From Lytechinus pictus (Eukaryota), in contig NC_087248.1 in NCBI RefSeq assembly GCF_037042905.1, positions 30,504,001 to 30,568,000 on the forward strand: a DNA stretch of 64,000 nucleotides. Direction: 5' to 3'. Below, piece after piece: positions 48,175 to 63,535 of this stretch. The notes under the pieces are model-generated. The model had not been told where the DNA came from. It saw only the letters and a program-made list of their open reading frames with translations, and did not search any database. The position numbers and the translations under genes are program-made. The stretch's first letter is position 1. Each line of letters opens with the position of its first letter.

Positions 48175-51100
48175 TAGTCTAGGAGATAGGGGGCTTTATT
48201 CAGAATTTTTGGTGGGGAAGGTTTGACAAGCTTATCCGGGGTAAAATTGTGCGCTGATTCTAAAAATGTCACTCATATTGACCGTACTCACGCCATTTTG
48301 GTCATTTTGGCCAAATTTTGACCAAAAATGAACATTTTGACCACTCTTTGGAAAATGGTCCCTTAACAGACTGCTTTTGTAGCCACATGCAATTAAAAGG
48401 GTCTGTCTTAAGTAAAAATGCACACAGATTCCAGATAAAGTGCTTTCATTTGCCAAATCACAATAGCAGTGGTCATTTTGGCCATAATTTGGCAAAAAAT
48501 GACAATTTTCATGATTTTTTGGCCGAAATGTGTTACAAATATTGATCAGAGCTACGACTGGATGTTTTTTAGAAATCCACATTTATTTTCAAAATATGCG
48601 CTGGATCATAACCATCAACCTCATGTAATTTATTCCGTCAGTTTTGACCTATGAGGGTCATTTTGGGTACTTTAGACATAACTGACCATTCGCAGTTTGC
48701 ATTATTAACTGTTCAAATAGGCAGGAAATTGAGGTCTTCAGCATGTTTTTTCTTCTTCCCTTATAAAATGAGAATGCATTTAAATGTCCTTCATGTGTAG
48801 AATTTTATGCTGATTCCAAATATATCAGTCATAATAACCTTATTTAATAGCTTGTAGCATTTTGACCACTTATGGCCCTCAAAATGGCCAATGACATCAG
48901 TTCATTTTACCCCCAAATACTTCGAACGTTACCAGAATCGTTACAAGGGTGTGTTGCAACACCTAACATTGGGGTGTGTTAATCCTTTAAATTGAACACA
49001 TCTCAAAATTATTTTGACCTCATTCCATCAGTTTTGACCTATGAGGGTCATTTGGGGGTACTTTAGACATAACTGACCATTCGCACATAGGCAGGAATTT
49101 GAGGTCTTCAGCGTGTTTTATCTTCTTCCCTTATAAAATGGGAATGCATTTAAATGTCCATCTTGTATAGAATATTATACTGTTTCTAAATATATCAGTC
49201 TTAATGACCCTATTGAACACCTTATGGTAATTTTGGCCACTTATGGCCATAAAAATGACCAATAACATCAGTTCAATTTATCCAAAATACCTCAATGTTA
49301 CAAGAATAGTTACCAGGATGTGCTGTGACATCTAACATTGGTGTAATCCTTTAAAATGAACATTTCAAAAGTATTTTGACCTCATGTAATTTATATCATT
49401 AGTTTTGACTTTTGACCTATGAGGGCCATTTTGCAAAATAACTGTAATTTTGCATAATAACTGTGCAAATCGGCAGGAATTTGAGGTCTTCAGTGTGCTT
49501 TATCTTCCTCCTTTATGAAATGGGAATGATGCATAGGTCGTTCTTGTGTAGAATTTCATGCTGATTCCCAATATGTCAGTCTTAATGACCCAATTTAACA
49601 GATTATGGTCATTTTGGCCACTTTTTGGCCCCCAAATGACCAATACCATCTGTTCAATACTTCAATTTATCCAAAAATACTTTGAATGTTACTATAATCG
49701 TTACAAGGGTGTGCTGTGACACCTAAAACTGGTGTATTATTCATTTAGATTGAGTGTCCCAAAAATATTTTGACAACCTTGGTCATTTTGGCCAGATTGT
49801 CCCCTGCCCAATGTGTATACTAAATTAGCCTATAGTGAACATAGTGAGGAGACAATTCAGGATTGTGTTAATATTAGCATCAATTATTGTTAAATGGGAA
49901 AGGTTTGAAAGCTTTTCGGTGAAAATCAATGCAATGATTCCATATAAATCAGTGTTATTGGCCAAACTATTGGACTTTGTGGTAATTTTGATCACTTTTC
50001 CTCAATAATTTCTAGTGACCACACATTATTTGATTTAAAAAGGGCTCAAATGTTGCTTAATATTATTTTCAGCGTGAGCTACTACACCAATAATCAAGAG
50101 CTTAATGAATGTGATAAAAACCTTTACATCAAGTATACATAAGGTTGTTTGACCATGCACTTTGGTAATTTTCATGATTTTAGGCACATTGACCATTTTG
50201 TAATTCATGGAAACGAATTCAAGAATGATGTTAGATAGGACATATTACAAAAACTTTCTGCACCAGATTAATACAATGATTTAGAATCTATCAGTCTTAA
50301 TGACTACTTAGTGGTCATTTTGGTCACTTTTGGTCCCTACAATTAGCAATGACAATTACATGTATCAAAAGTATTCCAATGTTGCTCTATATTTTTTGTA
50401 AGATTTGTTGTATCAATCATAATCAGTGACAAATTATTTGATTCAATATGATATTACTAATAGTACATAATCAAAATGTGACCATTTTGGCTACTTTGAC
50501 CGTTTATCCAATGTGTGAATTTTGAAATAAACATGACTTAGCAGCAATTGTAGGTCTATGAACATGATGAAATGCGTTCAATCCCTTTTGATGGGAAATA
50601 TTAAAGGATCACCTTGAGTAAAAATTGTGCCAAATATCATGTGACTGTCTACTGTGGCCCCTTTGATCACTGTATGTTCCTAAATAGCCAGCATTATTTT
50701 CCTTCTTTAAAGTCAAATTGTACTGAGAATCATTACAAAGCAAAATAGGTCACAGTGAAGTTCACAAAGAGTTTTGACTATCATTCATTTTTACCATCTT
50801 TGTTTTTTCTTGTACAGTGGTTCACAAACCTTACATTGGCATGATTGGTGAGCAGCAAATTTACCCTTAATTCTTTTGAAGACGTACTGGGTAATAAAAC
50901 ACATTCTCTATATGAAATTATTCTCTGTGCCGAATTTTGGTCACTCTTTAACAATTTAGGGCAAGTTTTCCACTTTCAACTTTACCATGTTTACCAATCA
51001 TGCCAATGTGAGGTTTGTGAAACATTATACAAAATGGCAAAGGTGATAAAAATGCATCATGGTCAAATCTATTCGTGAAATTCAATTTGACCATTAGCTT

Positions 51101-53803
51101 TGTAATGACGCACCTTTGAATTCAGGATTAGTGCCTTCCTCTAGAATATAGTTATCTGTATAATTTAAATTAAAAAGGAGGGAATGATGTTATGGCTACT
51201 CAATGACCACTTGGGCCACATTAGACAGTGGTGAGGTATTTGGCACAATTTTTTACTCAAGGTGAGCGTGTAATATTTCCAATCGAAAGGGATTGAACGC
51301 ATTTCCACAATTGCTCCTGTCATGTTTATTTACGAATGTCATACATGCGATAAATAATCAAAATGGCCAAATTGGTTTCAAAATTTTGATAATGTGCTAC
51401 TAGTCATATCATATTGAAATCAATAATTGATATAATACATCTTATTAACAATACGGAGCGACAACAACATTTGAATCCTCTTTGATACATGCAAATGTGA
51501 TTGGTCATTGTTGGGACCAAAAGCGACCAAAAAGACCACTAGCTCATAAATGGTCATTAAGACTAATATATTTGGAATCATTAATCTACATTAATCTAGA
51601 AAAGTGTCTTAACATAACATGCTAAAATGTCTCATTCCTGAATTTGCTGCCCCATATATGTGAGGTTTCCATAAACATTTACTGTGTGGTCAAGGTGGCT
51701 AAAATCATGTAAATGACCACAGTGCATGGTCAAACAACCCTATGTATGCTCGATGTAAAGGATTTTATCACAATTATCAACACTCTTCACCGATTATTGG
51801 TAGCTCATGCTGATAATGATACTGACTAGCATTTGAGCCCTTTTTGACTCATCAAAGCATGTGTGGTCTCTCTCTTATAGCTGATCCCTCCACTAATTGG
51901 AGATTCCTAGGGTCCATGGTCACTGGTCAATATTGAGGGAAACGTGGTCAAAATGACCACAGGGTCCAATAGTTACGCCAATAACACTGGTCTGTGTGCA
52001 ATAATTTCATTGATTTCCACCAAGAAGCTTTCAAACTTCCCCATTTAACAATAATTGATGCTAATATTAACGCAATCCAAAATTTCTCCTCACCATGTTC
52101 GATATAACCTGAATTAATATACACAATGAGCAGGGCTGGCCGGGGGGTCAAGGTGGCCAAAATGACCAAGGTAGTCAACTTTGGGGATGCTCAATTTTAA
52201 GGATTAATTCACCAGTGTTGGGTATTACAGCACACCCTTGTTAAGATTCTGGTAACATTCGAAGTATTTGTGGATAAATTGAACTGATGTTATTGGCCAT
52301 TTTAAGGGCCATAAGTGGCCAAAATGACCTTAAGATGTTGAATAGGGTCATTAAGTCTGATATATTTAGAATCAGCATCAAATTTACACAAGATGGACTT
52401 TTGAATGCATTTCAATTTTATATGGAAGAAGATAAAACATGCTGAAGACCTCAAATTCCTGCCCATGTGCAGTTTATTATGCAAAACTGCGTGAATGGTC
52501 AGTTATGTCTAAAGTGCGCCAAATGACCCTCATAGGTCAAAACTGATGGAATAAATTGCATGAGGTCAAAATACGTTTGAGATGTTCAATTTCAAGGATT
52601 AATACACCAATGTTAGGTGTCACAGTATGCCCTTGTAACGATTCTGGTAACATTCAAAGTTTTTTTGGATAAATTGAACTGATGCCATTGGTCATTTTAA
52701 GGGCCATAAGTGGCCAAATAACCTAAAGCTGTTAAATAGGGTCATTAAGACTGATATATTTGGAATCAGCATCACATTTTACATAAGATGAACTTTGGAA
52801 TGCATTTCCATTTTATATGGGAAGAAGATAAAACACGCTGAAGACCTCAAATTCCTGTCTATGTGCAGTTTATTATATGCAAAACTGCGTGAATGGTCAG
52901 TTGTGTCTAAAGTACGCCAAATGACTCTCATAGGTCAAAACTGATGGAATAAATTGCATGAGGTCAAAATACGTTTGAGATGTTCAATTTCAAGGATTAA
53001 TACAACAATGTTAGGTGTCACAGTATGCCCTTGTAACGATTCTGGTAACATTCAAAGTTTTTTTGGATAAATTGAACTGATGCCATTGGTCATTTTAAGG
53101 GCCATAAGTGGCCAAATAACCTAAAGCTGTTAAATAGGGTCATTAAGACTTATATATTTGGAATCAGCATAACATTCTACACAAGAAGGCCATTTAAATG
53201 CATTCTCATTTTATAAGGGAAGAAGATAAAACATGCTGAAGACCTCAATTTCCTGCCTATTTGAACAGTTAATAATGCAAAACTGCGCGAATGGTCAGTT
53301 ATGTCTAAAGTACCCAAAATGACCTTCACAAGTAAAAACTGACGGAATAAATTACATGAGGTTGATGGTTATGATCAAGCGCACATTTTGAAAATAAATG
53401 TGGATTTCTAAAAACATCCAGTCGTAGCTCTGATCAATATTTGTAACACATTTCGGCCAAAAAATCATGAAAATTGTCATTTTTGGCCAAATTATGGCCA
53501 AAATTACCACTGCTATTGTGATTTGGCAAATGAAAGCACTTTATCTGGAATCTGTGTGCATTTTACTTAAGACAGACCATTTTAATTGCATGTGGCTACA
53601 AAAGCAGTCTGTTAAGGGACCATTTTTTAAAGAGTGGTCAAAATTGTCATTTTTGGTCAAAATTTGGCCAAAATGACCAAAATGGCGTGAGTACGGTCAA
53701 TAAGAGTGACATTTTTGGAATCAACGCACAATTTTACCCCAGATAAGCTTGTCAAACCTTCCCCACCAAAAATTCTGAATAAAGCCCCCTATCTCCTAGA
53801 CTA
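48175..53803. mobile_element. Academ-like non-autonomous foldback DNA transposon (5.6 kb)
   Basis: Termini TAGTCTAGGAGATAGGGGGC / GCCCCCTATCTCCTAGACTA and a 3-bp TSD ATA. The inverted arms are recognisable to a centre near 50910. TAG...CTA ends with a 3-4 bp TSD are Academ hallmarks. Confidence 0.8.
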
Positions 53804-53907
53804 ATAGCAATGCCAGTGTAGTTTTACATCATAGTGATTGTGTGTCGTACAGTTATTAATCTTGCGATCATCTAGAGGACTATTTGTTTTTCCTATTGGT
53901 ATATTAA

Positions 53908-54457
53908 AAGTCAAGTCCACCCCAGAAAAATGTTGATTTAAAAAAAAAATCAAACAAGCATAACGCTGAAAATTCCATCGAAATCGGATGTAAATTAAGA
54001 AAGTTATGACATTTTCGAGTTTCGCTTATTTTTCACAAAACAGTGATATGCACAATTAAGTGACATGCAAATTAGACAGTCGATGATGTCCTTCACTCAC
54101 TATTTCTTTCGTTTTTTATTGTTTGAATTATACAATATTTCTTTTTTTTATACATATTTTACAATAAGGATTTTGACAGAACCATTAAACAATGCTAATT
54201 CCACATGTTCAGGGAGGAATTAGTTGTTGTTTCACTTGACAATAAGGAGAAAATTAGAATATTTTGTATTTCATATAATAAATTACAAAAGTAATAGTGA
54301 GTGGATACGTCATCAGTCTCCTCATTTGCATACCAACCAGGATGTGAAATTAAGCAAACATTTAAAATGTCATAACTTTCTTATTTTACATCCGATTTTG
54401 ATGAAATTTTCAGTGTTATGATTGTTTGAGTTTTCTGTTTTTATTCACATCAATAAC
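53908..54457. mobile_element. Kolobok-like MITE, one end truncated
   Basis: Homologous to 7722-8314 and preceded by TTAA. Confidence 0.65.
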
Positions 54458-57400
54458 CTGGCACGGTGTATTACTGAAATTAGTTGGTATTTCATAAAAA
54501 CATGTTGGTTACTTTGGTAGTTGTGATTTGTTTTAATTCTCTTCTTTTGGGGTCAATGTATCATTGAAATATATATATTTTGGGTATTATTTTGTTTTTA
54601 AACTTTACTTAGCTGTACTTTCTTTGAGTTTCGTATTCAAATTTCAATTCAATATGTGACGTTTGTTTCTTCTTAAACATTAAGCTTATATCGAAATCAC
54701 AAGATTATTCGAAAATTCGTGGAATAATACAGAAGGGAAAGCGAATAAAGCATAATATGTGTGGAGAGTGGATAATATTTTTTGCGTGGGAAAATGTCAA
54801 AGGTATTTATACCGTGGTCTATGTGGTATGATTCGCTGGAAATCTAGTGATAGCCCCAAGACCATGAAGACTAAAGATCAAATAACTAGATACGCCTGCC
54901 TGCTGTGTGAATACCACAGATGTCAAGTATCAAAATATGATTATATTACCAAAGCGTCGTGCAGCTAGCTCCCCATTTTCAGTAATATCTGATTAAATCC
55001 AAGTTCACAGAGAAATCGTGCTTTGTCACAAGGGTTAGTAGAGTATCAGTCTCCTATTAAGCAATTGATCTTTTCGATATACGTAGCCATGGTGGTAACA
55101 CGTACAATCTATAACAGTAATAACGGTTAGTTGAATTTCAAGTGAAAATGAAGAGCACAGCCAATCAAAGAATAAAATTTCGAAAGATGTCACCTAGCTT
55201 CAGCAATTCGGTAATATTTACGTGATTGAAAAACAATAAATGACAAGATCACTCAGCATTGAGAAGGAGGCTGCAGCTATTTTTTTCAACGGTTACATAA
55301 ATGGTAGGATTCTCAACATCATGCATTGGGTTTCTTGGTTACTTCGTATTACAGAATTGTAGATTTTGACTAAATCAGTTCCTCTTTTATCAGTTCATGT
55401 GAATACAATAGAATGGTGTCTATTTCCCTCTTTCGTGTATTCATCAGATTTTCAGATAATTAGATTTTTTCAATGAAGTTAAATGTGATCGATTGACATT
55501 AAACTGTACTTTGAGTCGAGGATTAAGTAATATGCATGTATAAATCTACATTTTTAAAAAATTTGAATCAAATGTGAATTCTTTGACGAATAGAACCAGG
55601 TTAAATCATTCAATAAGCCATAAAAATGAAGAAAAAACTTTGGTAGTTTAATTTGATTTGCCGATGCAATTAATTTTTGTATAATGTACGAATGGTGTAT
55701 GGGGAAGTGATGCATTTACAAAAATAAAACATTTGCAGTATTGTCTTCCATCATATGTATCGTTCTCCTAGTGTAAAACTGCTTCTGGAAATATAGTTTA
55801 TAAAAGAAATGTACATTTTCTTTCACATTGATAAGATGATTGCAAGTCATACGATAATTGTTGTATATCATTGTTTACACAATTTTTTATGGCATTTTGT
55901 AGGTTGATAAAATATATGACCAACTATAAATGGAGTAAAACACCCAAGCGATCCACACCTACAAAACAAGAATCTCCTTCAGTTCCATTTGGTATAGCAA
56001 AAATGAAATATGATACAAGTAATTAAGGACACGAAAACAAATTCGAGCATTCTATCAGCTCATGAACAAAGAGGCGATCAAATAAACTTTTCTTTGTAAC
56101 TCAAGATTGTTATTCTTATGGAGTCGTCGTCCGCAAATATTTGTAATTAATTCGACCGTAGAATACTGATTGAGGTCAGAAGAACAGCTAATATTTCGAA
56201 GATAGTCTAATACGTCGAATATAATAGTATGATAGTAAAATAATGCGCGGGTCTGTCACATTAGGGCGTTGAAATCATAGGCGTCGATCCCGGATGGGGT
56301 ACGTGCCCCCCCCCCCCTCTTGATTTTCAAAGCTTAATTTTTTTTTACCACTTTCAAAGCATTTGTGACATATTTTTAAATCTGAATTCATATTATATCT
56401 ATATAAATTTTTATTTATGACGCGTTCCCGGCAATCACCGCCCCCCCCCCCCCCCCGAGATGAACAAGAAGTTATGCTCCGTACTGATTTCGATATTTCC
56501 AAGGGTGCAGAAGGAATTCACATCCCCCCCCCCCGCCAAATGAAATAGCCGCGACTGGTTAAAATGATGTATGTACAACGCTATCTTGGGCATATACCCG
56601 GGGGCATATACTCGGGGGCATATACCCCTCTCCCTAAAAAAAACACTGGGTCAGAGTGATAAGAACCAGTAGGCTTCTAAGTACGGGCTCTCACAAGTTT
56701 ACCTTTACTTAGTGTTTACCGACGGACGCTTGTCAGTATTTTATTCATTAACCCCTTTTCCTTTGATATAAAAAATGCAGTATTTGAATTCAAGAAATTG
56801 AAAAATGTGAACAAGAAGTAATTTTCTGATTAAAGTAAATAATCATAATGTGGTGTTAACAGATGGCTATTGCAGAAAGAAATTCAATTAAAAGTAAAAT
56901 GTCTTGTCACATGTATGTCGTCTGAAAAGTTCAGGAAAGCGTTTCATGAAAGGACCTGCCGGCCGTTTTATGCGACAGTTACCATAATGACATTGCTTCT
57001 TAGCCAATCAAATCAAGGACAGATTTCAGATATGACAATGTGTCGGACAAAAAAATCTTGATGATCGTCTATCTATATTTATGAAATGAGAAATGTACTT
57101 TCATTTGCTTACAGATTCACACTAGAATATCCGTTGATTTAGCATTAACCATACCTCCAATCAAAAGAATTTTAGATAAAACTCCGATGAGTTGATGAAT
57201 TGGCAGTTTTGATTTTCCTCGACGACACATGCTTTCTAAAGGTGTTCTATGACACCACAAATAACATGTTCATATTTTTTCTAATATAACCGATTGTGTA
57301 TACTAGCAAAAACATCATTTGCATTCTTATTAATTAGTAAATTTGCAAGTGATAAACCGATTTTTAAATATCAAATCGCTTTTAGACTCTCCATTGCAAG

Positions 57401-57512
57401 AAGGGGATCTTCACGGGTGGTAATGGAGGGGGGTAGATTTTATTTCCAAAAATTGCATCTTTTTTTAAACACACCCTTATTATCTACTAATCATACTAAT
57501 GACTTTCACTGA

Positions 57513-57770
<258 letters not shown>

Positions 57771-58281
57771 TAATTTTGTCAGAGTGGTAGCCTACGTCAT
57801 GTCAATCCCAAATGAAGCCTAATGTTATTTTCCGTCGAGGCTAATAAGTTGTCTTTTCTAACATCTTTGTTTGTTTTTTTCTAACACATTCTGGCATTTT
57901 GGCATTCTGGCAAATTACTCCAAAGTAGGATAAGAGAATTGTCAAATAAATACCTTGCTCAATGGCGTAGGTGCCGTGTGTGGAGATTGAATCCCGGACT
58001 TGCATGTGTCTTGTTATGTGCCTATGTCCACTCAGCAAAGGCACCTCCGATCTTCGCCCGGTACCGATTTACAGAAATTGATAAATTCCAATTTCATATC
58101 CTCATGCATGTCTAGCCACTCTTTTTAGTTTCTCTACTTGTAACCATGAACATATATTTTGGAACCTTTTCATTCCCATATAAGAATAATGAATAAATGA
58201 GCTTTATTAACGCATGGAACAAAATCGATGGTGGTGATATGTACTCCATAATCGATGTGATAAGGATAGCAATTTAAAAGT

Positions 58282-58284
<3 letters not shown>

Positions 58285-58328
<44 letters not shown>
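58285..58328. repeat. (AT)n microsatellite
   Basis: Pure AT run in intron 2 of tubulin B. Confidence 0.95.
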
Positions 58329-58332
<4 letters not shown>

Positions 58333-58660
58333 ATAACGTCTTTAAATTCATCTGTTAAAATCATTATCCCCCAGTTTGTCTCGAGACTGCGTTGGGTACT
58401 CACTTGTAAATAAACTACACAAGCCATTTAGAAAATATATATATATGTTTGGATCTCTACAGACCCATAGAGAAAAAGTATTATCTCCTCGATTTAAAAA
58501 TAAATTTGTGTTTATTCATATTATGGTGTAATAACATCTATTAGGTTTATCAGTGATCATTATTGTGCACTAATCATCATCTTGGGATTTTCACCTCTAA
58601 CATGTTTATAGTTGCAACACCGATTCCTCACAACCCAATGGTTTTAATTAAAACACATAG

Positions 58661-59989
<1,329 letters not shown>

Positions 59990-60644
59990 AAAGATTACCA
60001 ATATGATGATCGTCTTTCTCAAGCGTTAATGGTCTGGTTCTCACCAATATTATCCATAATACTCAAAACTAAAATGCAACTCAATTATTGCACACACTCG
60101 GTGGTGACATATCGTTTAAATGTCTGAATATCCCCAAAAGGAAATGTAAAATCAATAATTCAAAGGTTGGAGAAGTGATAAGCTCTTCCAAACGTTATAT
60201 CCAATTTTGCATAAAGACGAATTCACCAATTTAATTGTTGAGTGGAACCATGTAAAGTGGTAAATGCAACATTTAGAAAATATTGTCACTCCTTTAACCT
60301 TTCCATTGTTGATTTAACATTTCATTTTTCTCGAGTGTACAGACATTCTTGCGTTTTGTTTTTAAATCAAAGATACATTCGTCATTAAATATTGTTGAAT
60401 TATTTACATTTACCCTTCAAAAATAATAATTATTTTACAATCAGAAAACCCATTAATCGTTACCACGGCAGTTTCCCCTAAAAACCTTACACCATCCGCA
60501 CAATGTGGCGCAATGCACAAGCAATTAATCACGCACACGTATGTATCTGAAGGTGAAAAACCGCAGTCGATATGGGATAAAAAATTAGTTATTTCCCACC
60601 TTTTATCATGTTAATCTTAACTTAAACTGTTCACATCTTCACCA

Positions 60645-60779
60645 GGGTCCCGTAACACAAAGTTAGCGATTGATCGTATGATTGATTTTCACGACTGATT
60701 GTACATTGTAGTCAATTTTATTGAATCAATCGTTGAAAAATGTTCTACGATCATTGCTAAGTTTTGTGTTTACGGGCCC
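60645..60779. mobile_element. Short Harbinger-like MITE (degenerate relative at about 6519-6663)
   Basis: Imperfect inverted ends GGGTCCCGTAACACAAA / TTTGTGTTTACGGGCCC. Confidence 0.5.
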
Positions 60780-61362
60780 AGTTACACAAATTCATGTATG
60801 TGTAAACAGTTACAAACATTTGTGATTTGTTGATAGTGATTATTTGAATTATTAATATTATACGAAATTGCAATGATCTTGATTGATCTTTTCCATTTTG
60901 CAATTGTTCGCAAACCAGTGTCAGAGGGCCAGTTCTTGGATCATTGCGATACAATTTAACATGTTTACAAAAGAGGTTCTTGTTCATATCATCTTCACAG
61001 TTACACCAACAAGACCGTGTACAGACCGTCAGAGCTATTACATTATTCGATTGGCATAATAATCGGTCGGTTTGGAGTTAGTTTCGTCGGTGTGACTATA
61101 GCATATAACACATGGGGCATTCGTCGTTTGGACAGAGCATGCACAATAAAGAGTATTGTTTAAGAAAAACCCTGAGTACCGTTGTCAAGTTTTAAGTACT
61201 GTTATCGCAAGTCAATGTGGATGTGTTGGTTCCAATAATGAATTTTTCATTCATTCAAATAAATATTCTTTTCTTCCATTTTCACAAACGAAATATAATT
61301 GTTCAACATAATTGTTTATCAAAATCATTTTCATTTATCCCATAAACATATATATATATATA

Positions 61363-62180
61363 CAGTGCGTCCCACAAAAAACGAAACCGAGATTTATCGA
61401 TGATTTTTCATAACTTAATCATAAATACAATAGACAAATGACCTACCATTTTAAAGCTCAGGATCTCCTCTTTCATTTAAAATTACCTAGATTATTTCTC
61501 ATTCACGCATGAGTGAGCAAAAACAATTTGAAGAGGGGATATCAAAAAGTCATTTGGCGGGCTGTATCTGGGTTTCAAAAAGAAAACCACATTTTAAAAA
61601 AGTTCAATATCTGCTCTTTAATTTGATACCTCAATTACAGAAAATGGAAAAAAAATAACAAAGTTCTGGTTATTTGAAATAAGGCTTGAATTTCAATAAT
61701 TTCATAAAATGACGAGGTTCTACAGGCTAGCGTTCAAACTCACTCGACGCTCCGTTTTGTTGACGATCAGCCATGCATTAAGTCTTTTGTTAACCATGCG
61801 ATAGCTTCTGTGGGAAAACGGTGAAAACACGTAATTTAATGAAAATTATGGAAATACAAGCATTGTTTCGAAGGAACATAACTTTGTTACTTCTTGACCA
61901 TTTTTTGTGATTAAGGTATCAAATAAAAGAGCAGATATTGAACATTTTAGGCATGCGATTTTCTTTTTGAAATTCAGATACCCTCCGCCAAATGAGTTTT
62001 TGGTATCCTTTCTTCAAATTGTGTTTGCTCACTCATGCGTGAATGAGGAATAATCTAAGTGATATCAGCTGAAAGAGGAGATTCTGAGCTTTAAAATGGT
62101 AGGTCATTTGTTTATTGTATTTGTGAATAAGTTATGATAAATCATCGTTTAATCTCGGTTTCGTTTTTTTCTGGGACGCA

Positions 62181-62183
<3 letters not shown>
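61363..62183. mobile_element. Tc1/mariner-type MITE with long inverted arms, inserted in (TA)n
   Basis: TIRs CAGTGCGTCCCA...AAAAAACGAAACCGAGA, TA flanks, and arms that stay complementary for more than 300 bp. Confidence 0.9.
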
Positions 62184-62223
<40 letters not shown>

Positions 62224-62364
62224 TATACATGTACAACAGCTTTGGCAACTCTTTTATTTTAAATATTGTAAAGAAATGGATGAAGAGAACAATGGTAGGC
62301 GTAGCTTAAATCAAGGTTCCCCAGAGCTGTTTACCATTTGGAAAAATTGGTGATGCCGAAAAAA

Positions 62365-62436
62365 CGTCTCTGCCGGGAATCGAACCCGGGCCCCCAGCTT
62401 TGAACGCCGGTGCCTTAACCACTAGACCACAGAGAC
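62365..62436 (-). tRNA. tRNA-like gene with UCA anticodon, short variable arm and T6 terminator
   Basis: Acceptor GTCTCTG/CAGAGAC, D stem GTCT/AGGC, anticodon stem CCGGC/GCTGG with loop GTTCAAA, T stem CCGGG/CCCGG with loop TTCGATT, G73, then TTTTTT. Confidence 0.7.
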
Positions 62437-63429
62437 GGGTTAGTGGCTAGGGCGACCCCGATCCGATTGACCGTCAGATAGACAGATTTTCGATACTATA
62501 CCAATTATAATTTCCTTTGTCGGGTGAAGGTGGGTTTCGAACAATGACAAGCCGCCATGCTTGGATATATATAATAAGACAGAAGACATAATAAGACATC
62601 AGAAATGCGAAACAAATTCACGAGTAATGCAGTTTTTGAAGTGCCAACAATTAAGTTCTTATATATATATTTATATATGAAAGAGAGAGATAGATACATA
62701 TATTTATATATACATGTACATGTATATATATATATATACATATGTCTGTGTGTGTTGATTATATATGATTAACACGTTGGCCTTGAAAATGATAATTAAT
62801 TCAATCACACTCCGTATAACCCTGCACATCACAGTGCAATTCATAATACCACTTCATTTGATTATTGTTAGTGATGAAAAAATGAGAGCAAATTAGTTCC
62901 TTGTCGTCATAGCAATTTGCGCGGGTATTTCAATAGCAATGCGTGGTAATTACATGTATGCTAATTTTTTAGGGGAGATTCAATCGCGGAAGGTGATTGG
63001 ACGATTACGGAGCATCGGGACATGTATCATGGGCGTGGCTTACGGGGATAAAAAACCAGCCTGGATACAAACCATCTCCATATCTGACTCAGACCGTCAT
63101 CACTGTGTTTCATCGCAAGACACGAAGATTGAAAATCAACTATCATGGTGAGTGGATTTGAAACTAGATTCCATGCATATATTTCTTGTGAGACTGTTTG
63201 ATTTTTCTGTACATTTATTTAGTTGTTACCACAAATTAGCATTATCGAATATGATTTTATATGTATGCAATGATTTTGTATCATATGTCTTTCTCATGAA
63301 AATGAAATATAATTTCAATTTGAATATGTAGGTGGTTGGGATGTTTAATATTTATTGAGTAGAAAGAAAATCTGTCAATCGTCTATAAGTTAAAAGATAA
63401 TCTATTGCTAACATGTATGATTATACTGT

Positions 63430-63535
63430 AACGGGTAATAAAAATACGTAGTGTCTGGTGGTGATTTGTACGTAACCAACCAGAGGGCCAAGAACTTAAG
63501 GTCCTCTCCGAGGGACATTGAGATGAATGGGTGGG
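63430..63535 (-). mobile_element. SINE body fragment, followed by hAT-like MITE ends at about 63538 and 63958
   Basis: It shares AACCAGAGG...CTTAAGGTCCTCTCCGA with the SINE at 20945-21165. Confidence 0.55.

Noticed and set aside
62365-62436. tRNA-Sec or tRNA-Glu(TTC) assignment
   Set aside because: There is no long variable arm as required for Sec. The only well-paired anticodon stem centres TCA, not TTC.
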